DNA of 63,710 bases, the filler included, from Nemertoderma westbladi (lineage: Eukaryota; Animalia; Xenacoelomorpha): NCBI GenBank assembly GCA_032718475.1. It is 4 parts of 4 records of this genome, joined end to end, with 100 filler letters (N's around TTAATTAATTAA, not from the genome) between each part and the next. Parts side by side here need not be neighbours in the genome. Positions count along the whole stretch, not along the records: positions 19,477 to 50,547 come from JAUCBJ010006413.1; 3 more parts are not named here. The stretch is one strand, 5' to 3'. Below, one piece after another: positions 35,701 through 47,700 of this stretch (positions are counted from its first letter, which is position 1; each line of letters begins with the position of its first letter). The position numbers and the translations under genes are program-made. The notes beneath the pieces are model-generated. The model made no database searches and was not told the DNA's origin. It saw nothing but the letters and a program-made list of their open reading frames with translations.

Positions 35701-38700
35701 TAACGGTGAACGCGCGACACGAGGAGGACGTAGAACCGGACGAGATATTGGGCCGCGTTGCAAAGTCTTCCGGCGCAAACTTCGGTTTCCACAAAGAGAA
35801 ACCCCAGAAGATGGAGAAACCCGCGCCGGTGGGTTCGGTTTACCGGCGCGCCGACGCCGCTATTAACGTAGCCGAAAGGGACTCGTTCTGGCGCGCCGAG
35901 GCTGATCGGGAGCGAGAGAGGAAGAGAGAGGACGGTAAACAGTCGGTGGAGTCGGAAAGAAGGTTCGAGGAGGAGCGACGGAGGCGAGAGGAGAAGGAAG
36001 CGAAGAGGAGAGAGGAGGCCAATGTAGAGAGGCAAAACAGGTTGCGGAGAGAACAGAAAGCCGAGAAGTTGGGTGAGATGGAGGCGCGTGGGAGGAGGGA
36101 AGCTGATGAGAGGAAGAAATGGGAGGAGGGCGAAGATGAACGACGTAGGGAGGAACGAGAGGCGCGTGGGAGGAGTGCGTCTATAGAGACGGCTGAGGAA
36201 GTGAAGCGGTTGGCGGAGGAGGGGGGCACCTCCGGGATACGGTCCATGTGGAAGGACCAGGAGAGGGGCATGCCGGTTGCTAGGACACAACCAATTGCGA
36301 CGGATAGGAGTGCTGCGGTCGTAACATCCACTCTGATCGCCCAGGTTGGTAGCTTACGATGTAGATAAAATAACCTTTTTCTGAATAGAATTTAACGAAA
36401 CTAACAACAAAAACATTTCAAGAAAAAATACCATGATTTACTGATTTAGGAGCAGCTTAATATAATAAACAATGTAACAGCAGCGGTGTGGTGGTGGTCA
36501 CGGTTGGGGAATATCTTCGGTATATTTCAGGAGTCTAAGGACTGTTAGCACATGCTACCAGGGAATGCCTGCTTGTTCATAGCCATGAGTGGTGCTTTGG
36601 GTTTTGTTTGTATTAATTTTTAATTAATTATAAACGTTTAAAATGAACAAAATATTGATAATATCAATATTCCCTCTTTTAGAATACCGAAAGCAGCAAA
36701 CCAACTATTCAGCCGGTAGAGACAGTTGCCGACGACAAAGGATGGGAAGAGGATGAAGAACTCGAGGTTGACAACAAGGTAGACGCTGCTGTCGTCGATA
36801 GGGTGTCGGGACATCCTGGTTCCGGTGACGCAGTGTCCGGGGCCGCGCCCCCCGAACTACTCCGAACCTACTCGGACCCCCTCGAGGAAGACGCCTACGA
36901 ACAGTTCTCGGAGGATACCCAACCCGCGGGGTCAATGACCGCGGTCGCGATCTTCGATTACGACGCCGAAGACGACAGCGAGATCAGTTTCCTACCGGGC
37001 GACCGAATCGTATCGATTAACCGAATCGACGACGGCTGGTGGGAAGGAGAGGCGCCGGACGGGAAGTACGGAATGTTTCCCGCAAACTACGTGGAACTAG
37101 TGGAATAAACTAACATTATTCCTATCTCCCTATATTTAATAATCATTCTATAAACAATTAAATATTTCAATAATTTTATAAATAGGACTATATTTATTCA
37201 TATTATTGTGTTGTGCTAAGCTAAGAATGCATTTCTTAATCAATCGTAAACAAATTCCCTTAGTGATGATATTAATAACATTGTTCTATTGTTGGTAGTC
37301 AATTTATTATCATATAAATATTTATATTAAAATTCAACGTTTCATTTAGATTTTACGTTATTGATGTGGGGCGAGCCACGATTGCCACGAAGTATAGGTG
37401 GGGCTTTGTGTAGTGGTATAATTAGTCGTCGATGGGTGATAATGTTTGTTTGAACGCTAAAAAGTCGTTCAAACTTTGATGAAATGGAACCAAACTTGGT
37501 ACTCTAGCCACAGAAACTTCTATAGTTCATCTGTCGGCCGCTAGAGGATGTGACCAGGCCCACTAATTTTTCTGGTACTTAATTTAGGCAGTCGGCCCAC
37601 TAATTGGATCGCCAGGAGATTAAATAAGAGATAGTTTGTCTTCCTGACCACTTAGTGGCAGTGGGTGAGTCAGAATTGTTACTTTTGATTTCATTCTTTA
37701 GCAACAAGCCTTATTTTTTTCATCTAAACATAGACGACATAGAATGAGACAACTTATTCAAACGCTTGTAGCCGGTGGCTATAAAAATACACCCAATGGT
37801 GTATTTTTATAACCTTTTTATTAATAAATAAGCTAGATCCCTAATAAATTCCAGTCTGTATCGCGCTGTGTGCGGTAAAACTAATTAGAAACCGCCGCGT
37901 ATGAATGAACTAACTCACATTTACTGCGGTTGTTGAATTGATATTGGATAGCGCCGAGGGTTTGGAATGAGGTGGAGTGGCGTTGGTTAGTGTCGACGGG
38001 CTGCTATTCGATATCGGGCTCGGACACAGTAAGTCATCATCACGCGTTTCACCTAAAACAAATAAAAGATAGAATTTCTGTCAGAACAAAGCAATTGGTC
38101 ATAAACTATCTTCAACGTTTAACACCCGCGTCTTATAATAATTGATAACTTTACGTGATAGGTGTATCACTTAGGGGCTTCTACCCTCACTTACTTCACA
38201 TAATTTTGTATTCATTCAATGAGTCCCGTGTGGTATTCTATTTATTAATTATGTTCTAGAATAACTTTAAAAAAATGAAAAGTGATATTAGTGATATTAG
38301 ATATAAGTAGTGCAGTGGCCAAATTTTACGGTCGCTTGCTGGTAAGAGTGGCATAATGTGACTTATTACAAAAGGTAAAAAAGTAAAGTAAATAGAAATG
38401 AAAATAATTATTAATATAATATTTTCTAGAAGAAAAGGTTATGTTACAGAATATTTTTTTTTTATTTACTTAAAACATTAAAAAAAAGTTAGTAATAAAA
38501 ACTCAAATTAAACTCATTAAAGCTGCTCATTAACCAACTTACAACACCATTATCGTTAGCAAAAGTTGTATAAAAATTCATTAAGAGTCAGATAAATAAA
38601 AACATATATGCAAAAGTTATACCAGTCATCCGGTATTGTGATATCGTAGCGTTATTGTAATTTTGTTCGTGTTTTTCATTATAAAATCATATACCGTATT

Positions 38701-41700
38701 TCTTCTAATAAGAGCCCACCCTCGAATAAACGCCCACCTCGAATAAACGCCCCCCTCGAATAAACGCCCCCCTCGAATAAACGCCCCCTCGAATAAACGC
38801 CCCCCTCGAATAAACGCCCCCTTTTCCATTAAATTAGCAACTTAAACGCCTTCTCCGAAAAAACGCCCCCTCGAATAAACGCCCCCCCCCCTTACCATCA
38901 AATTAGCAACATAAACGCCTTCTCCGAATAAACGCCCACCTCGAATAAACGCCCCCCTCGATTAAACGCCCCCCTTTCCATTAAATTAGCAACTTAAACG
39001 CCTTCTCCGAATAAACGCCCACCTCGAATAAACGCCCCCCTCAACCCCCCCTCGAATAAACGCGCCCCTCGAATAAACGCCCCCTTTTCAATTAAATTAG
39101 CAACTTAAACGCCTTCTCCGAATAAACGCCCCCTCGAATAAACCCCCCTCGAATAAACGCCCTCCTTACCATCAAATTAGCAACTTAAACGCCTTCTCCG
39201 AATAAACGCCCACCTCGAATAAACGCCCCCCTCGAATAAACGCCCCCCTCGAATAAACGCCCCCTTTCCATTAAATTAGCAACTTAAACGCCTTCTCCGA
39301 ATAAACGCCACCCTCGAATAAACGCCCTCCTTACCATCAAATTAGCAACTTAAACGCCTTCCCCGAATAAACGCCCACCTCGAATAAACGCCCCCCTCGA
39401 ATAAACGCCCCCCCCCCTCGAATAAACGCCCCCTCGAATAAACGCCCCCTTTCCATTAAATTAGCAACTTAAACGCCTTCTCCGAATAAACGCCCCCATC
39501 GAATAAACGCCCTCCTTACCATCAAATTAGCAACTTAAACGCCTTCTCCGAATAAACGCCCACCTCGAATAAACGCCCCCCTCGAATAAACGCCCCCTTT
39601 ACCATCAAATTAGCAACTTACACGCCTTTCCCGAATAAACGCCCCCCTCGAATAAACGCCCTCCTTACAATCAAATTAGCAACTTAAACGCCTTCTCCGA
39701 ATAACCGCCCCCCTCGAATAAACGCCCCCTTTTCCATTAAATTAGCAACTTAAACGCCTTCTCCGAATAAACGCCACCCTCGAATAAACGCCCCCCTCGA
39801 ATAAACGCCCCCCTCGAATAAACGCCCCCCTTTCCATGAAATTAGCCACTTAAACGCCTTCCTCGAATAAACGCCCCCTCGAATAAACGCCCCCTTTCCA
39901 TTAAATTAGCAACGTAAACGCCTTCTCCGAATAAACGCCCCCTCGAAAAACACCCTCCTTACCATCAAATTAGCAACTTAAACGCCTTCTCCGAATAAAC
40001 GCCCACCTCGAATAAACGCCCCGCTCGAATAAACGCCCCCTTACCATCAAATTAGCAACTTAAACGCCTTCTCCGAATAAACGCCCACCTCGAATAAACG
40101 CCCCCCTCGAATAAACGCCCCCTCGAATAAACGCCCTCCTTACCATAAAATTAGCAACTTAAACGCCTTCTCCGAATAAACGCCCACCTCGAATAAACGC
40201 CCTCCTTACCATCAAATTAGCAACTTAAACGCCTTCCCCGAATAAACGCCCCCCTCGAATAAACGCCCCCTCCAATAAACGCCCCCTCCAATAAACGCCC
40301 CCTTACCATCAAATTAGCAACTTAAAAACGCCCCTCCAATAAACGCCCCCTTACCATCAAATTAGCAACTTAAACGTCTTCTCCGAATCCGCGAATAAAC
40401 GCCCCCTTTTCCATTAAATTAGCAACTTAAACGCCTTCTCAGAATAAACGCCCCCTTCGAATAAACGCCACCTAGAATAAACGCCCTTCTTACCATCAAA
40501 TTAGCAACTTAAACGCCTTCTCCGAATAAACGCCCACCTCGAATAAACGCCCCCCTCGAATAAACGCCCCCCTCGAATAAACGCCCCCTCTTCCATTAAA
40601 TTAGCAACTTAAACGCCTTCTCCGAATAAACGCCCCCTCGAATAAATGCCCTCCTTACCATCAAATTAGCAACTTAAACGCCTTCTCCGAATAAACGCCC
40701 ACCTCGAATAAACGCCCCCCTCGAATAAACGCCCCTCTCGAATAAACGCCCCCCTCGAATAAACGCCCCCTTACCATCAAATTAGCAACTTAAACGCCTT
40801 CCCCGAATAAACGCCCCCCTCCAATAAACGCCCCCTTACCATCAAATTAGCAACTTAAAAACGCCCCCCTCGAATAAACGCCCTCCTCGAATAAACGCCC
40901 CCTTACCATCAAATTAGCAACTTAAACGCCTTCCCCTAATAAACGCCCCCCTCGAATAAACGCCCCCTCCAATAAACGCCCCCTTACCATCAAATTAGCA
41001 ACTTAAAAACGCCCCCCTCGAATAAACGCCCCCTTACCATCAAATTAGCAACTTAAATGTCTTCTCCGAATCCTTGAATAAACGCCCCCTTTTCCATTAA
41101 ATTAGCAACTTAAACGCCTTCTCAGAATAAACGCCCCATTCGAATAAACGCCCCCTAGAATAAACGCCCTTCTTACCATCAAATTAGCAACTTAAACGCC
41201 TTCTCCGAATAAACGCCCACCTCGAATAAACGCCCCCCTCGAATAAACGCCCCATCGAATAAATGCCCCCTTTTCCACATTAAATTAGCAACTTAAACGC
41301 CTTCTCCGAATAAACGCCCACCTCGAAAAAACGCCCCCCTCGAATAAACGCCCCCTCGAAAAACGCCCTCCTTACCATCAAATTAGCAACTTAAACGCCT
41401 TCTCCGAATAAACGCCCACCTCGAATAAACGCCCTCTTTACCATCAAATTAGCAACTTAAACGCCCCCCTCGAATAAACGCCCACCTCGAATAAACGCCC
41501 CCCTCGAATAAACGCCCCCTTCGAAAAACGCCATCATTACCATCAAATTAGCAACTTAAACGCCTTCTCCGAATAAACGCCCACTTCGAATAAACTCCCC
41601 CCTCGAATAAACGCCCCCCTCGAATAAACGCCACCCTTGAATAAACGCCCCCTTACCATCAAATTAGCAACTTAAACGCCCTCTCCGAATAAACGCCCAC

Positions 41701-44700
41701 CTCGAATAAACGCCCCCCTCGAATAAACGCCCTCCTTACCATCAAATTAGCAACTTAAACGCCTTCTCCGAATAAACGCCCACCTCGAATAAACGCCCCC
41801 CTCGAATAAACGCCCCCCTCGAATAAACGCCCCCTTACCATCAAACTAGCAACTTAAACGCCTTCCCCGAATAAACGCCCCCCTCGAATAAACGCCCCCT
41901 CCAATAAACGCCCCCTTACCATCAAATTAGCAACTTAAACGCCTTCCCCGAATAAACGCCCCCCCCCCCTCGAATAAACGCCCCCTTACCATAAAATTAG
42001 CAACTTAAACGCCTTCTCCGAATAAACGCCCCCTTACCATCAAATTAGCAACTTAAAAACGCCCCCCTCGAATAAACGCCCCCCTCGAATAAACGCCCCC
42101 ATCGAATAAACACCCCCCTCGAATAAACGCCCCCTCGAATAAACGCCCCCTTCGAATAAACGCCCCCTTACCATCAAATTAGCAACTTAAACGCCTTCCT
42201 CGAATAAACGCCCACCTCGAATAAACGCCCCCCTCGAATAAACGCCCCCTCGAATAAACGCCCCCTTACCATCAAATTAGCAACTTAAACGCCTTTCCCG
42301 AATAAACGCCCCCCTCGAATAAACGCCTCCTCCAATAAACGCCCCCTTACCATCAAATTAGCAACTTAAAAACGCCCCCCTCGAATAAACGCCCCCTCGA
42401 ATAAACGCCCACCTCCAATAAACGCCCCCCTCGAATAAACTCCCCCCTCTAATAAACGCCCCCTCGAATAAACGCCCCCTTCGAATAAACGCCCCCTTAC
42501 CATTAAATTAGCAACTTAAACGCCTTCTCCGAATAAACGCCCCCCTCGAATAAACGCCCTCCCTACCATCAAATCAGCACCTTAAACGCCTTCCCCGAAT
42601 AAACGCCCCCCTCGAATAAACGCCCCCCTCGAATAAACGCCCCCTTACCATCAAATTAGCAACTTAAAAACGCCCACCTCGAATAAACGCCCACCTCGAA
42701 TAAACGCCCACCTCGAATAAATGCCCCCCTCGAATAAACGCCCCCTTACCATCAAATTAGCACCTCAAACGCCTTCCCCGAATAACCCCCCCCCCCCCCC
42801 CCCCCCTCGAATAAACGCCTCCCCAATTGGCAATTTATAAACTTAAACGCCCAGGCTCTTATTCGAAGAAATACAGTATTGACAAATTTTATATTGCTTC
42901 GCGCTGCATGACTCACCAATAGTCTATGCAGTAAGCTTTCAATGTGCCTATTAAATCAATTAAATACATTTTTATACAAATTTCAGGGAATTTCATGGAT
43001 TTTATAATAGCCCTTCATTAATCAAGGCTACCTACTTAAAACACTTTACTTAGGTAGCCGTGCCCTTAATTAATTAATACAACGTTAATACACCAATGAA
43101 CTACAAAATAACTAACTCATTACTAACTATTGCGGTTGGTTTTATGTTTATCAGCGCCGACCCCGGGGTCTAACGATATGGTTAGATCGGAAGCGTTCTC
43201 GAGATCTAATTCGTCGTATATGAACTCATTCTCCTCGAAGTCCGGCTCCAGACAGGATTCAATGTAGTATTCCAGGTCGTCCTGCACCCGCTTAATCTAT
43301 ATGAATAGTATACATGTACCGCTAGGGGGCGCAATCAATCCCTATATCAATTAAGTGTCACTGTCGTCGTAATTGGGAAAGTTTGAAAGTTAATAAGTCG
43401 TTCAAACTTGGTACACATTTAGTCTATGAAAAGATAAAAAATTATACACACAGACAGACTTTTATAGTTCCTCTGTCGGCCGCTTGGGGGTGTGACCCGG
43501 TCCACTAATTGTGCTGCTCCACACTCGGGTTACATTATAGTTACAAATGTAAATCAAACTTATAACGTGTTCTACCGTAGACTCCATGGGACCCCTCCGA
43601 CCGATAGACTCCGCCACCGTACCTTATCTGCCTCAACGCTGTTATTGTCGAGCATACGAAGTATTTTCTCCAAGGCCCGTATGTGGTAGCGGTGTCTGTC
43701 AATCCGGAGCTGTATGTCGTCCGAGCGACCGTCGCCGCCGCCCCCCGACTTCTTCTTCTTGGGGGCGCCCCCTGCCGACGCGTTGAGGGACTCCAGTTCA
43801 ACTTCAAGCTGGTCAACTTGCAGCTGCAACCGATCGATGGATTCCTAAGGAAAACAAACAAACAATCGATAACGACATCGTGTTTGTTTGATTTAAATTT
43901 AAAAGCTATTTTAAGTTCCTTCTCGCAATTCTGTTGCTGACTTTTTATGGCCGCCTATTTGTAGTAAATACGGTAGATACGGTATGTACTAAATTACACA
44001 TACATGTGAAGTATACCAGACTTTCTGCCGTTATATTTCACTTTGCAGTTTACCCCCATGTGAAGAATACCAGGTTTTCCATAAAACCGCAGGTTACAGA
44101 AGGGCTGATTCTAACCAAAACAACAAACGAATAAGTATCTATACAGGTTATAAGACAGAAATAAGCGCTATAAAACACTAAAAATAAGGGGAGTTCTTCA
44201 TATAAAATTCCAGTAGAATTTCGTCCCAAAAGTGAAAACCTTGTATTCTTCACATCCGGGCGAAATAACATATTCATTGTTACGGTAATGAAGTACTTTA
44301 ATATTACCGCACTCGACTCCCATCTTCTGCCCCTTTCGCCGGAAGCTTAAGAAGCAAAAACTACTTATTATTCACCGTATTTCCCTGAACAGCTACATTA
44401 TGCAGTACAAATGAAAAAGTAAAAAAGCAACTGACCTGTAGACGTTGCATGCAATCAGTGATCAGCTGACAACTGTCAGCTGATCAGTAGGTTTCGCCCC
44501 AATGGGGGCTTTCTCAAGTAGCTAGAGCTAGAAAGGAGACAATAGATAGAAATTGCATGCAACGTCTACAGGTCAGTTGCTTTTTTACTTTTTCATTTGT
44601 ACTGCATACCTACCGGTAAGGTTTTTACTTCATTGCTTGACAATTAAATAAAAGTACCACTATATTGCATTAACTCAAGCTTTTTAATTCTAAATTCATA

Positions 44701-47700
44701 TTTAGCATGGATGTATATCATTACATTTATATTATATGCAGGCGCAAATGCCCACTTAAGAAATAGACAGACAGACAGACAAAATTTGATAATACAAGTT
44801 TGCAAAGGCAGAACTCTATAAACCTGGATGATTTGTTCAAATTTAAGAATAGCCCGTTGTTGAATTGCGTCTAATAGCTTAATGTCGATATGTGTCAACA
44901 GAAACAATACACGCTAAACAAATTACAGTATATTAGTTTTATCGAATAATTAAATTACTGATTTTTATTTCATTTTATTTTATCGTATCTAGTCAATACT
45001 ATTCATCATTTTACTAATTTAAGAAACACATAATATGGGAGGCACGAGATAATAACTCGATCTATATGATCCCCTGGCATGCACTGTTTCCAGTTTTCCA
45101 GGTTCCATTGAAGTTAAGGAGCATGTCACAGTGGTACGTTATTCTAACCAAAACAATAAACTAGTCAATAGAACAGGTTACGGATTGTTGCATTTTGTGG
45201 GGTAATCAGATGTTACTTGGATTTTGTTTGCGTTGAACGCCCCCCCCCCCCCCCCCCTCCCCCCCTCCTATCTGTATTTGTATTTGTTACAAATAAAACA
45301 GAAACAAACAACTCGATACCAATTAATTACCCTAAACTTGATATCTTAAAATAAATGTTTAAGTTAATCACGCCGGTTATTTTCAATTATTATTGTTCAG
45401 GTGAATCAAGTTAAGATTTCTGTTCTCTATTATTTGACTCCCATCAAAATTTGCGAGAATTGCATAATGGAGTTGTCACGGATTGTCTAACCGTGGGAGT
45501 TAGTGTGACACCCTTTCTTGTTTTACGGGTAACAGCCACGAGAGCTGAGCCATCGGTTTGAGTCCGGTATTTCACGTTTCACGATCACCAATAAATTTAC
45601 TTTACTAAAGGCATTTGTGCGAAAGAATACGGGAATAAACGAAGATATAGACCGATGGGAACACATTTTGGGGGAAATTCACAAATCTTATTAAATATAA
45701 TCGTAATTTACAGACAAACACTCACCGACAGCCAATGTTCGATCTCTTCGCGTTCTTTCTGTAAGGGATCGACCTTGGCAGACATTCCCAAACCTTCTTT
45801 ACTGTAGGCTTTAGTCTTAGTTTCACGTTCAACAACTTTAAATCGTTCCATTTGCTAACAATTTATTAATTACATTAAAAAATTATTTAAAAGTTAATAA
45901 TGCATATTAATTAATTACAAATACGAAAAAATTATATATATTATCGAAACAGGCCTCATATAACTCGGACAACTCCGTAGATATAGAAAGGGGTGCATCA
46001 ACTTTATACGACGGGTAAAATCCTTTATGAAACGGCTATCAATAATCTAAATCTTTAGCCCAAATGAATACTGTATTCGATAAAAGCTGGTTCCATTTTT
46101 TTTAATTCTAGGTTTAGCTCTCTTTTCTAAATAATAAATGCAAAGCAATATTCTGGATATCAACTTACTTAATATCACAATACGCTGACAATTCCCAAGC
46201 ACAAGACGTTAGGTAACCCTATGCGCAATATGCGACACCCTTAGCGACCTAGACCGGTAAGGGGTGCCTAATTATCAATCGCAATCAATATTAAATCGAA
46301 CTTTTTAGTAATTAGTTATTCGTTCTGTAATTCGTTACGTTGCGATATTGTGAGTGTGAGGTAACTGCGTCGGGTTTCCGGGTTTTAGTTCGATATTGCC
46401 ATAATCTACGGTGGGTATCAGTGTTTCGGGTTGGGTACTAGCGGTTACAGAAAATCCCTTGAGACATATTTAAATTTAGTTTCATATTTTACCTACTTAC
46501 AGTATCCTATAAAATTTCGTACCACTTTGTTTACTTTTTTTTTAGTTTTATATAAATTAAAAAAAATCAGTTTCTACGATTGCCGTTAGATAAATGTAAT
46601 ATATTATATAATTACATTTAAATTTTGGAAATCCAGATACTTAGCTCAAATACTTAGTAAATAACTGAACTACTTTATATACCCAAAAACATAATAAGGG
46701 ATTTTAATTTGACTTTAGTAAGGTTCGGTTTACATTTATTAGGTGATGTAGGTTATATTGTAGTCGGTCGACCTACAGTTTCAATAAGTTTTCGGTTGTC
46801 AACCAATAATCGCTTGTCTTTAATCTCGTTTGAGGCATTCCACGTCTTGATTTGATCTCGAAGTCTTTGAAGTTTCTTGATCTCTTTCTTAAGATCGGCC
46901 TCATATTTTTCTTTTTGGTTTGCATTAACTGCATTATGAACTTTCTGCCAAATGTCTTCAAAAGTTTCAACTCCTTCAGCAACTTTCTTCAAACAACGCT
47001 CGATTTCACCTGTAAGAATTATTACAAATAATAATTAATTATAAATAGCTAGTAGAATGGTATAGCAGCCTTTTTTAATCTAAAGAAGTCAGTCCATCCA
47101 TGTCATCCTAGTCTAGTCATGAAGAATTTATGGAAATACCGTAACAATTTTTATATGCGGTTCAACAAAGTTGGTGTTATTATATAACGATAAACATCAA
47201 GGACAGATGACCACATAAATGCAGGGTATTACTATTGGTCCGGACTGGGATTTAGCAACAGAAAGATATGGCCATTTAAACATCAAAACACAAATTTGGG
47301 ACCACAGACAACAGACAAGTCGTTAGACACCAGACCATAAATCGTGTCGTGAGCTTGATAAAAAAAACAAAATGAGGCAAGATGGCAAGATGAAATTCCA
47401 GTTTGAATGATACCGGTATATTATATATATCAATAATAATCTTAGCTGAACGCGAAATGTCTATGATTGCCGAAGCATTTTATCGGGTGATGTAATGGCT
47501 TGGCTATATGAGGCTTGAGGGAGGTACAGATTTTGAACCGCATTTCAAATAATACAGTAATTAAGAATAAAAATAATTGGAATGCAAAGATCTATCAGAA
47601 TACGCCTAATGTTTCCATTTTCGTCTGTCGGTACTACCGGCGAGATTTCCTTTCCCTCTCCCTCCCCGACACCCAACAGGCTCCAACGCAGTTGATATTA

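Noticed and set aside
35459-36331. Minus-strand ORFs over DBNL as possible CNOT3 exons
   Set aside because: Antisense shadows of GC-rich DBNL coding sequence; CNOT3 exons 6 and 7 join in phase without them.
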